Both the position numbers and the translations under genes were made by a program. A stretch of 63,982 nt of DNA, counting the filler, from Raillietiella orientalis (lineage: Eukaryota), in NCBI GenBank assembly GCA_036172245.1. It is 5 parts of 5 records of this genome, joined end to end, with 100 filler letters (N's around TTAATTAATTAA, not from the genome) between each part and the next. Parts side by side here need not be neighbours in the genome. Positions count along the whole stretch, not along the records: positions 39,345 to 51,946 come from JAYWIR010000261.1; positions 52,047 to 63,982 come from JAYWIR010000265.1; 3 more parts are not named here. The stretch is one strand, 5' to 3'. The notes under the pieces are model-generated. The model did no database searches. It was not told the DNA's origin and saw nothing but the letters and a program-made list of their open reading frames with translations. Shown piece by piece: positions 49,846-61,000 of the stretch (positions within the stretch are counted from its first letter, which is position 1; each line of letters opens with the position of its first letter).

Positions 49846-51497
49846 ATGCCTGATACCACCACCGGTGAGGATCCGGCAGCGATGACCTCATTGCCTACGG
49901 AGGAGATGGATGTGGAGGCTCCCGAATCAGTGGAGGCTTCCGCCAGCATGGATGCGCCCCCGGACCTACCCAGGGCCTGGAACTCCGTGGCTGCGGCATT
50001 TACGGCAGCGGCTATGGCGGAAATGCGCACTTACCTGGAGGAGTGGTATAACCCACCCCTTCTATATAAGGTAGGCGGTCTATATTCTCCCGAGAACGCG
50101 CGCGCCTTTTAGCCAGCGATGCGCGTTCTCGGTGTACACAAAGAGGAGCTTCTGTCCGTCAGAAGCGGGGGTCAATTTGTGGAAGTTAACTGCAAGGAGG
50201 CAACTCTTGCGCAGAGACTTCTGCGAACCCCCGTAATTATGGGCAGCCGGAGGCTTCTCCCAATTACTGAAGACCGGTCGGTGAGCATTCACCTGACCGG
50301 TATCACGTTCCGGATGACGAAGGAGGCCGTCCGGAACGAATTGGAAAAATTCGCGACTGTCCACGCGCTGTGGGGAATGCCTACTCCTTTTGTCGATTAC
50401 GACGTGGTGCTTGGCGGCCTGGGTGCAGCGCGAGTGACGGTTCGCGAAGGATGTGAGTTTCCCCACAAACTCACCGTCAACGGTGAATCTGTTGAAGTGT
50501 GGTACGTGAGGAAACCCAAGTTTTGCGGCTGCTGCAGCAGCTTTGGTCACCTTTAAATAAAGTGTTCGAGCTTGCAGTGCCAGCAATGCAAACAAGCGGG
50601 GCACACCCGTCTGGTTTGCCCCCAAAACACAGTCCGCGTCGTTTCCGCGAAAAACGCGAGAAAGCGCGCATCAAAAAAGGAAAGAAGCTGGCGGCTCGTG
50701 CTGCTGCTAAGGAGGTCACTTCCGCCACTAAGGCAAAGGCCAGCCCCGAGACATCGGCAAAAAACGCCGAAAAGGTCGAGGGCGAGGGTCAAGAGCCAGG
50801 GTGGCAGAAGGTCGACCCCAAGAAAAACTCCCATAAGAAGGGAAAGAACGTGGCGAAACGGAGCGAAACCGCTCTGCGCCGCGAAAAAATTAAAAGCTGC
50901 TGAGTTGTTGTAGAGCGGATTCCCGCCATCGACGGATGCGGCGCTAAAGAACTCGCTGCTGCCCCTGCTCAACCCTCCGGTGACAAAGTCAACAAGGAGG
51001 GGAGCGAGGCGGCGGCGTCCGTCATCGAGCCCACGCTCGATGACGTCGCCTTCGAGCGCGCCGCGGAGGAGCTGGCTGCCTCGTTGCAGCCGGTTGCCCC
51101 CAAGTCTGGCAAGAAGGCCGTCAGGCGTCCGGCTTCCCCTCAGGAGTCGTCCACTTCCGACCCCGAGGTGAAGGCCGGAAACACAGCATCCATCTCCGCG
51201 GCACCCCACAAAAAGGCAGGACGAAAGTCCACAATGCCCCGGAAGATCGTCTCCCCCGACGAAGGGGAAGAGATGGCTTCCGGTAGCGAGGGTGTCATGA
51301 CCGTGGGAAACTCCCGGGACCCGTCGCTTGAGAGAATTCCTCGCTCGGACACGGAGGGGATGGTGAGCATGGAGGCCGAACAGGTACTTCAGGCGCCTGA
51401 AGAGGCCTCCGTCCTCGTTCCGATGGTCCTCGTACCGATGGACCTTTCCTACACGTGCCCCGCGGCAGGTGCCGCGACGCCACTTTCCCAGCCATAA
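49846..51497 (+). pseudogene. ORF1 (RRM-like + 2 CCHC), with several stops and frameshifts
   Basis: IHLTGITFRMTKEAVRNELEKFATV and FCGCCSSFGHL*IKCSSLQCQQCKQAGHTRLVCP; ends PLSQP*. Confidence 0.87.
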
Positions 51498-51946
51498 TGC
51501 CGGGAATCGCCTCTCGCCGTCGTCTTCTGATCGCCTGTTGGAACGTGAACGGGCTAAGCGACGACGGCAAGAGGCGTGACGTGGCCGCCACCGTGGCATC
51601 CTTCGACCTGGTGCTGCTGCAGGAGATCCACGTGATCTCCGCAGATCAAGCCCGGGAGATCGAACGGATCTCGGGTGGGCGGCTGTTGTGGCGTTGCGGC
51701 ACCGCGAAATCAAGCGGTGTCGCCTTCCTGCTTCGGCCAGCCATCGAGACCGCAATAAAGGACGTTCGGTTCGATGACGCAGGTCGCGTCGGTCAGCTGA
51801 CTCTCAGCTGGTCGGACGCTATCGACCTGGTCGTCACCAACCTATACGCTCATAGCGGAAACAACGCGTTGAGGACGAAGGCAAGAAGGGAATTCTATCT
51901 TCCCCTGAGACGCGATTGGCTGACCGATGCAGATTTTACCTGCAGG
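51497..51946 (+). CDS. ORF2 N-terminus, APE-type endonuclease (partial)
   Basis: MPGIASRRRLLIACWNVNGL, VLLQEIH, SSGVAFLL, GRV, TNLYAH. ATG overlaps the ORF1 TAA. Confidence 0.88.
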
Positions 51947-52046
51947 NNNNNNNNNNNNNNNNNNNNNNNNNNNNNNNNNNNNNNNNNNNNTTAATTAATT
52001 AANNNNNNNNNNNNNNNNNNNNNNNNNNNNNNNNNNNNNNNNNNNN
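51947..52046. other. Artificial contig spacer
   Basis: 44N-TTAATTAATTAA-44N. Confidence 0.98.
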
Positions 52047-55000
52047 GAAAGTGAATTATTTAATTCGATCTGATTCATGGTGTGGTACAAATTTACATCT
52101 TTTGCTGGTTTGTAATCAATTCGAAGTGAGGAGATTTCACCATGCACTGTTGCACTTTTTCACGAAGCATCCGTTGGCAGCGCGAGGCAATCTACCGTCA
52201 TGGATAACCGCACCATCATGCGATTTCCTGGTTTCAGAGGTGGATTAAGAAAAGTCCGAAATTTCATCAGGGCGGAACACTTTGCACTGCGTGTTGTTTT
52301 CATGGCAACCACTATCCGAATTAGAAAGTGAATTATTTAATTCGATCTGATTCATGGTGTGGTACAAATTTACATCTTTTGCTGGTTTGTAATGAATTCG
52401 AAGTGAGGAGATTTCACCATGCACTGTTGCGCTTTTTCACGAAACATCCGTTGGCAGCCCGAGGCAATCTACCGTCATGGATAACCGCACCACCTTGCGA
52501 TTTCCTGGTTTCAGAGGTGGATTAAGAAAAGTCCGACATTTCATTAGGGCGAGACACTTTGCACTCCGTGTTATTGTCATGACAACCACTTTCGGAATTG
52601 AAAAGTGAATTATTTAATTCGATCTGATTCACGGTATGCTATAAATTTACATCTTTTGCTGGTTTGTAATCAATTCGAAGTACGGAGATTTCCCCATTGC
52701 ACTTTTGCACTTCTTCACGAAGCATCCGTTGGCAGCGCGAGGAAATCTACCGGCATGGATCACCACACTACCTTGCGATTTCCTACGTTTAGAGGTGGAT
52801 GAAGAACAGTCCGACATTTCATTTAGGGTTGGGCACTTTGCACGCCGTGTTGTTTTCATGGCAACCACTGTCGGAATTGAAATGCGAATTATTTAATTCG
52901 ATCTGATTCATAGTATGGTACAAATTTACAACTTTTGCTGGTTTGTAATGAATTCGAAGTGAGGAGATTTCACCATGCACTCTTGCGCTTTTTCACGAAA
53001 CATCCGTTGGCAGCCCGAGGCAACCTACCGTCATGAATAACCGCACCACCTTGCGATTTCCTGGTTTCAGAGGTGGATTAAGAAAAGTTTGAAATTTGAT
53101 TAGGGTGGGACACTTTGCACTCCGTGTTGTTTTCATGGCAACCACTATCGGAATTAGAAAGTGAATTATTTAATTCGATCTGATTCATGGTGTGGCACAA
53201 ATTTACATATTTTGCTGGTTTGTAATCAATTCGAAGTACGGAGATTTCACCATGCACTGTTGCGCTTTTTCACGAAGCATCCGTTGGCAGCGCGAGGCGA
53301 TGTACCGTCATGGATCACCGCACCATCATGCGACTTCCTGGTTTCGGAGGTGGATTAAGAAAAGTCCGACATTTCATTAACGCGGGGTACTTTGCACTCC
53401 GTGTTGTTTTCATGGAAACCACTATCGGAATTAGAAAGTGAATTATTTAATTCGATCTGATTCATGGTGTGGTACAAATTTACATATTTTGCTGGTTTGT
53501 AATCAATTCGAAGTACGGAGATTTCACCATGCACTGTTGCGCTTTTTCACGAAGCATCCGTTGGCAGCGCAAGGCAATCTACCGTCATGGATAACCGCAT
53601 CATCATGCGATTTCCTGGTTTCAGAGGTGGATTTAGAAAAGTCCGAAATTTCATCAGGGCGGAACACTTTGCACTGCGTGTTGTTTTCATGGCAACCACT
53701 ATCGGAATTAGAAAGTGATTTATTTAATTCGATCTGATTCATGGTGTGGTACAAATTTACATCTTTTGCTGGTTTGTAATGAATTCGAAGTGAGGAGATT
53801 TGACTATGCACTGTTGCGCTTTTTCGCGAAACATCCGTTGGCAGCCCGAGGCAATCTACCGTCATGGATAACCGCACCACCTTGCGATTTGCTGGTTTCA
53901 GAGGTGGATTAAGAAAAGTCCGACATTTTAATAGGGTGGGACACTTTGCACTCCGTGTTGTTTTTATGGAAACCACTATCGGAATTAGAAAGTGAATTAT
54001 TTAATTCGATCTGATTCATGGTGTGGTACAAATTTACATCTTTTGCTGGTTTGTAATCATTTCGAAGTGAGGAGATTTCACCATGCACTGTTGCACTTTT
54101 TCACGAAGCATCCGTTGGTAGCGCGAGGCAATCTACCGTTATGGATAACCGCACCATCATGCGATTTCCTGGTTTCAGACGTGGATTTAGAAGAGTCCGA
54201 AATTTCATCAGGGCGGAACACTTTGCACTGCGTGTTGTTTTCATGGCAACCACTATCGGAATTAGAAAGTGAATTATTTAATTCGATCTGATTCATGGTG
54301 TGGTACAAATTTACATCTTTTGCTGGTTTGTAATGAATTCGTAGTCAGGAGATTTCACCATGCACTGTTGCGCTTTTTCGCGAAACATCCGTTGGCAGCC
54401 CGAGGCAATCTACCGTCATGGATAACCGCACCACCTTGCGATTTCCTGGTTTCAGGGGTGGATTAAGAAAAGTCCGACATTTGATTAGGGTGGGACACTT
54501 TGCACTCCGTATTGTTTTCATGGCAACCACTGTCGAAATTAGAAAGTGAATTATTTAATTCGATCTGATTCATTTTATGGTACAAATTTACATCATTTGC
54601 TGGTTTGTAATCAATTCGTAATACGGAGATTTCACCATTGCACTGTTGCGCTTTTTCACGAAACATACGTTGGCAGTGCGAGGCAATCTACCGTCATGGA
54701 TAACCGCACCACCTTGCGATTTCCTGGTTTCAGAGGTGGATTAAGAAAAGTCCGACATTTGATTAGGGTGGGACACTTTCCACTCCGTGTTGTTTTGATG
54801 GCAACCACTTTCGGAGATAAAAAGTAAATTATTTAATTGGATCTGATTCACGGTATGGTATAAATTTACATCTACTGCTGGTTTGTAATCAATTCGTAGT
54901 ACGGAGATTTCACCATTGCACTGTTGCGCTTTTTCACGAAACATACGTTGGCAGTGCGAGGCAATCTACCGTCATGCATAACCGCACCACCTTGCGATTT

Positions 55001-58000
55001 CCTGGTTTCAGAGGTGGATTAAGAAAAGTCCGACATTTGATTAGGGTGGGACACTTTGCACTCCGTATTGTTTTCACGGCAACCACTGTCGGAATGAGAA
55101 AGTGAATTATTTAATTCGATCTGATTCATTTTATGGTACAAATTTACATCTTTTGCTGGTTTGTAATCAATTCGTAGTACGGAGATTTCACCATTGCACT
55201 GTTGCGCTTTTTCACGAAACATACGTTGGCAGTGCGAGGCAATGTACCGTCATGCATAACCGAACCACCTTGCGATTTCCTGGTTTCAGAGGTGGATTAA
55301 GAAAAGTCCGACATTTGATTAGCGTGGGACACTTTGCACTCCGTATTGTTTTCACGGCAACCACTGTCGGAATGAGAAAGTGAATTATTTAATTCGATCT
55401 GATTCATTTTATGGTACAAATTTACATCTTTTGCTGGTTTGCAATCAATTCGAAGTACGGAGATTTCACCATGCACTGTTGCGCTTTTTCACGAAGCATC
55501 CGTTGGCAGCGCGAGGCAATCTACCGTCATGGATAACCGCACCATCATGCGATTTCCTGGATTCAGACGTGGATTAAGAAAAGTCCGAAATTTCATTAGG
55601 GTGGAACACTTTCCACTCCGTGTTGTTTTGATGGCAACCACTGTCGGAGATAAAAAGTGATTTTTTTAATTCGATCTGATTCACGGTATGGTATAAATTT
55701 ACATCTTTTGCTGGTTTGTAATCAATTCGTAGTACGGAGATTTCACCATTGCACTTTTGCACTTCTTCACGAAGCATCCGTTGGCAGCTCGAGGCAAACT
55801 ACCGTCATGGATAACCGCACCACCTTGCGATTTCCAGGTTTCAGAGGTAGATTAAGAAAAGTCCGACATTTGATTAGGGTGGGACACTTTGCACTCCGTG
55901 TTGTTTTGATGGCAACCACTGTCGGAGATAAAAAGGGAATTATTTAATTCGATCTGATTCACGGTATGGTATAAATTTACATCTTTTGCTGGTTTGTAAT
56001 CAATTCGTTGTACGGAGATTTCACCATTGCTCATTTGCACTTCTTCACGAAGCATCCGTCGGCAGCGCGAGGCAATCTACCGTCATGGATCACCGCACTA
56101 CCTTGCGATTTGCTCTTTTCCGAGGTGTATTAAAAAAAGTCCGACATTTCATTAGGGCGAGGCACTTTGCACTCCGTGTTATTGTCATGACAACCACTTT
56201 CGGAACTGAAAAGTGAATTATTTAATTCGATCTGATTCACGGTATGCTATAAATTTACATCTTTTGGTGGTTTGTAATCAATTCGTAGTACGGAGATTCC
56301 ATCACTGCACTTTTGCGCTTCTTCACGAAGCATCCGTTGGCAGCGTGTGGAAATCTACCGGCATGGATCACCACACTACTTTCCGATTTCCTGGTTTCAG
56401 AGGTGGATTAAGAAAAGTCCGACATTTTATTTGGGTGGGACGCTTTGCACTCCGTATTGTTTTCATGGCAACCACTATCGCAATTAGAAAGTGAATTCTT
56501 TAATTCGATCTGATTCATTTTATGGTACAAATTTACATCTTTTGCTGATTTGTAATCAATTCGAAGTACGGAGATTTCACCATTGCACTGTTGCGCTTTT
56601 TCACGAAACGTACGTTGGAATCCCGAGGCAATCTACCGTCATGGATAACCGCAGCACCTTGCGATTTCCTGGTTTCAGAGGTGGATTAAGAAAAGTCCGA
56701 CATTTGATTAGGATGGGACACTTTCCACTCCGTGTTGTTTTGATGGCAACCACTTTCGGAGATAAAAAGTAAATTATTTAATTGGATCTGATTCACGGTA
56801 TGGTATAAATTTACATCTTTTGCTGGTTTGTAATCAATTCCCAGTACGGAGATTTCACCATTGCACTGTTGCGCTTTTTCACGAAACATACGTTGGCTTT
56901 GCGAGGCAATCTCCCTGTCATGGATAACCGCACAACCTTCCGATTTCCTGGTTTCAGAGGTGGATTAAGAAAAGTCCGACATTTGATTAGGGTGGGACAC
57001 TTTGCACTCCGTATTGTTTTCATGGCAGCCACTATCGGAATTGAAATGCGAATTATTTAATTCGATCTGATTCACAGTATGGTATAAATTTACAACTTTT
57101 GCTGGTTTGTAATCAATTCGAAGTACGGAGATTTCACCATGCACTGTTGCGCTTTTTCACGAAGCATCCGTTGGCAGCGCGAGGCAATCTACCGTCATGG
57201 ATAACCGCACCATCATGCGATTTCCTGGATTCAGACGTGGATTAAGAAAAGTCCGAAATTTCATTAGGGCGGAACACTTTCCACTCCGTGTTGTTTTGAT
57301 GGCAACCACTGTCGGAGATAAAAAGTGATTTTTTTAATTCGATCTGATTCACGGTATGGTATAAATTTACATCTTTTGCTGGTTTGTAATCAATTCGTTG
57401 TACGGAGATTTCACCATTGCACTTTTGCACTTCCTCACGAAGCATCCGTTGGCAGCTCGAGGCAAACTACCGTCATGGATAACCGCACCACCTTGCGATT
57501 TCCAGGTTTCAGAGGTAGATTAAGAAAAGTCCGACATTTGATTAGGGTGGGACACTTTGCACTCCGTGTTGTTTTGATGGCAACCACTGTCGGAGATAAA
57601 AAGGGAATTATTTAATTCGATCTGATTCACGGTATGGTATAAATTTACTTCTTTTGCTGGTTTGGAATCAATTCGAAGTGAGGAGATTTCACCATTGCTC
57701 ATTTGCACTTCTTCACGAAGCATCCGTCGGCAGCGCGAGGCAATCTACCGTCATGGATCACCGCACTACCTTGCGATTTGCTCTTTTCCGTGGTGTATTA
57801 AAAAAAGTCCGACATTACATTAGGGCGAGGCACTTTGCACTCCGTGTTATTGTCATGACAACCACTTTCGGAACTGAAAACTGAATTATTTAATTCGATC
57901 TGATTCACGGTATGGTATAAATTTACATCTTTTGGTGGTTTGTAATCAATTCGTAGTACGGAGATTCCACCACTGCACTTTTGCGCTTCTTCACGAAGCA

Positions 58001-61000
58001 TCCGTTGGCAGCGTGTGGAAATCTACCGGCATGGATCACCACACTACCTTGCGATTTCTTGCGTTCAGAGGTGGATTAAGAAAAGTCCGACATTAGATTA
58101 GGGTGGTACACTTTGCACTCCGTATTGTTTTCATGGCAACCACTGTCGGAATTAGAAAGTGAATTATTGAATTCGATCTGATTCATGGTGTAGTACAAAT
58201 TTACATCATTTGCTGGTTTGTATTCAATTCGAAGTGAGGAGATTTCACCATGCACTGTTGCGCTTTTTCTCGAAGCATCCGTTGGCAGAGCGAGGCAATC
58301 TACCGTTATGGATAACCGCACCACCTTGCGATTTCCTGGTTTCAGAGGTGGATTAAGAAAAGTCCGACATTTGCTTAGGGTGGGACACTTTGCACTCCGT
58401 ATTGTTTTCATGGCAACCACTGTCGAAATTAGAAAGTGAATTATTTAATTCGATCTGATTCACGGTATGGTATAAATTTACATCTTTTGCTGGTTTGTAA
58501 TCAATTCCCAGTACGGAGATTTCACCATTGCACTGTTGCGCTTTTTCACGAAACATACGTTGGCTTTGCGAGGCAATCTCCCTGTCATGGATAACCGCAC
58601 AACCTTCCGATTTCCTGGTTTCAGAGGTGGATTAAGAAAAGTCCGACATTTGATTAGGGTGGGACACTTTGCACTCCGTATTGTTTTCATGGCAGCCACT
58701 ATCGGAATTGAAATGCGAATTATTTAATTCGATCTGATTCACAGTATGGTATAAATTTACAACTTTTGCTGGTTTGTAATCAATTCGAAGTGAGGAGATT
58801 TCACCATGCACTGTTGCGGTTTTTCACGAGACATCCGTTGGCAACCCGAGGCAATCTACCGTCATGCATAACCGCACCACCTTGGGATTTCCTGGTTTCA
58901 GAGGTGCATTAAGAAAAGTCCGACATTTGATTAGGGTGGGACACTCTGCACTCCGTGTTTTTTTAATGGCAACCACTGTCGGAGAAAAAAAGTGAATTTT
59001 TTAATTCGATCTGATTCACGGTATGGTATAAATTTACATCTTTTGCTGGTTTGTAATCAATTCGTAGTACGGAGATTTCACCTTTGCACTGTTGCGCTTT
59101 TTCACGAAACATACGTTGGCTGTGCGAGGCAATCTCCCTGTCATGGATAACCGCACAACCTTCCGATTTCCTGGTTTCAGAGGTGGATTAAGAAAAGTCC
59201 GACATTTGATTTGGGTGGGACGCTTTGCACTCCGTATTGTTTTCATGGCAACCACTATCGCAATTAGAAAGTGAATTATTTAATTCGATCTGATTCATTT
59301 TATGGTACAAATTTACATCTTTTGCTGATTTGTAATCAATTCGAAGTACGGAGATTTCACCATTACACTGTTGCGCTTTTTCACGAAACGTACGTTGGAA
59401 TCCCGAGGCAATCTACCGTCATGGATAACCGCACCACCTTGCGATTTCCTGGTTTCAGGATTGGATTAAGAAAAGTCCGACATTTGATTAGGGTGGGACA
59501 CTTTGCACTCCGTATTGTTTTCATGGCAACCACTGTCGAAATTAGAAAGTGAATTATTTAATTCGATCTGATTCATTTTATGGTACAAATTTACATCATT
59601 TGCTGGTTTGTAATCAATTCGTAGTACGGAGATTTCACCATTGCACTGTTGCGCTTTTTCACGAAACATACGTTGGCAGTGCGAGGCAATCTACCGTCAT
59701 GGATAACCGCACCACCTTGCGATTTCCTGGTTTCAGAGGTGGATTAAGAAAAGTCCGACATTTGATTAGGGTGGGACACTTTCCACTCCGTGTTGTTTTG
59801 ATGGCAACCACTTTCGGAGATAAAAAGTAAATTATTTAATTGGATCTGATTCACGGTATGGTATAAATTTACATCTACTGCTGGTTTGTAATCAATTCGT
59901 AGTACGGAGATTTCACCATTGCACTGTTGCGCTTTTTCACGAAACATACGTTGGCAGTGCGAGGCAATCTACCGTCATGCATAACCGCACCACCTTGCGA
60001 TTTCCTGGTTTCAGAGGTGGATTAAGAAAAGTCCGACATTTGATTAGGGTGGGACACTTTGCACTCCGTATTGTTTTCACGGCAACCACTGTCGGAATGA
60101 GAAAGTGAATTATTTAATTCGATCTGATTCATTTTATGGTACAAATTTACATCTTTTGCTGGTTTGTAATCAATTCGTAGTACGGAGATTTCACCATTGC
60201 ACTGTTGCGCTTTTTCACGAAACATACGTTGCCAGTGCGAGGCAATGTACCGTCATGCATAACCGCACCACCTTACGATTTCCTGGTTTCAGAGGTGGAT
60301 TAAGAAAAGTCCGACATTTGATTAGCGTGGGACACTTTGCACTCCGTATTGTTTTCACGGCAACCACTGTCGGAATGAGAAAGTGAATTATTTAATTCGA
60401 TCTGATTCATTTTATGGTACAAATTTACATCTTTTGCTGGTTTGTAATCAATTCGAAGTACGAAGATTTCACCATGCACTGTTGCGTTTTTCACGAAGCA
60501 TCCGTTGGCAGGGCGAGGCAATCTACCGTCATGGATAACCGCACCATCATGCGATTTCCTGGATTCAGACGTGGATTAAGAAAAGTCCGAAATTTCATTA
60601 GGGTGGAACACTTTCCACTCCGTGTTGTTTTGATGGCAACCACTGTCGGAGATAAAAAGTGATTTTTTTAATTCGATCTGATTCACGGTATGGTATAAAT
60701 TTACATCTTTTGCTGGTTTGTAATCAATTCGTTGTACGGAGATTTCACCATTGCACTTTTGCACTTCCTCACGAAGCATCCGTTGGCAGCTCGAGGCAAA
60801 CTACCGTCATGGATAACCGCACCACCTTGCGATTTCCAGGTTTCAGAGGTAGATTAAGAAAAGTCCGACATTTGATTAGGGTGGGACACTTTGCACTCCG
60901 TGTTGTTTTGATGGCAACCACTGTCGGAGATAAAAAGGGAATTATTTAATTCGATCTGATTCACGGTATGGTATAAATTTACTTCTTTTGCTGGTTTGGA

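Larger units (their letters stand above)
49766..51946 (+). mobile_element. Tx1/L1-like element, 5' part (5' UTR, ORF1, start of ORF2), runs off the contig
   Basis: GCGGACGTGT at 49767; ORF1 homologous to 42079-44099; APE motifs at 51530-51860. Confidence 0.9.

Noticed and set aside
43247..51755. Long antisense ORFs (43247-43933, 50553-51755 and similar) as genes
   Set aside because: They are shadows of GC-rich ORF1/ORF2 sequence with no independent motifs.
13664..52046. Biological alternation of satellite and retrotransposon blocks, and an inversion between the SatA arrays
   Set aside because: Every junction is an identical artificial spacer and contig lengths descend (>=13663, 12737, 12644, 12602), so adjacency and relative orientation are not evidence.
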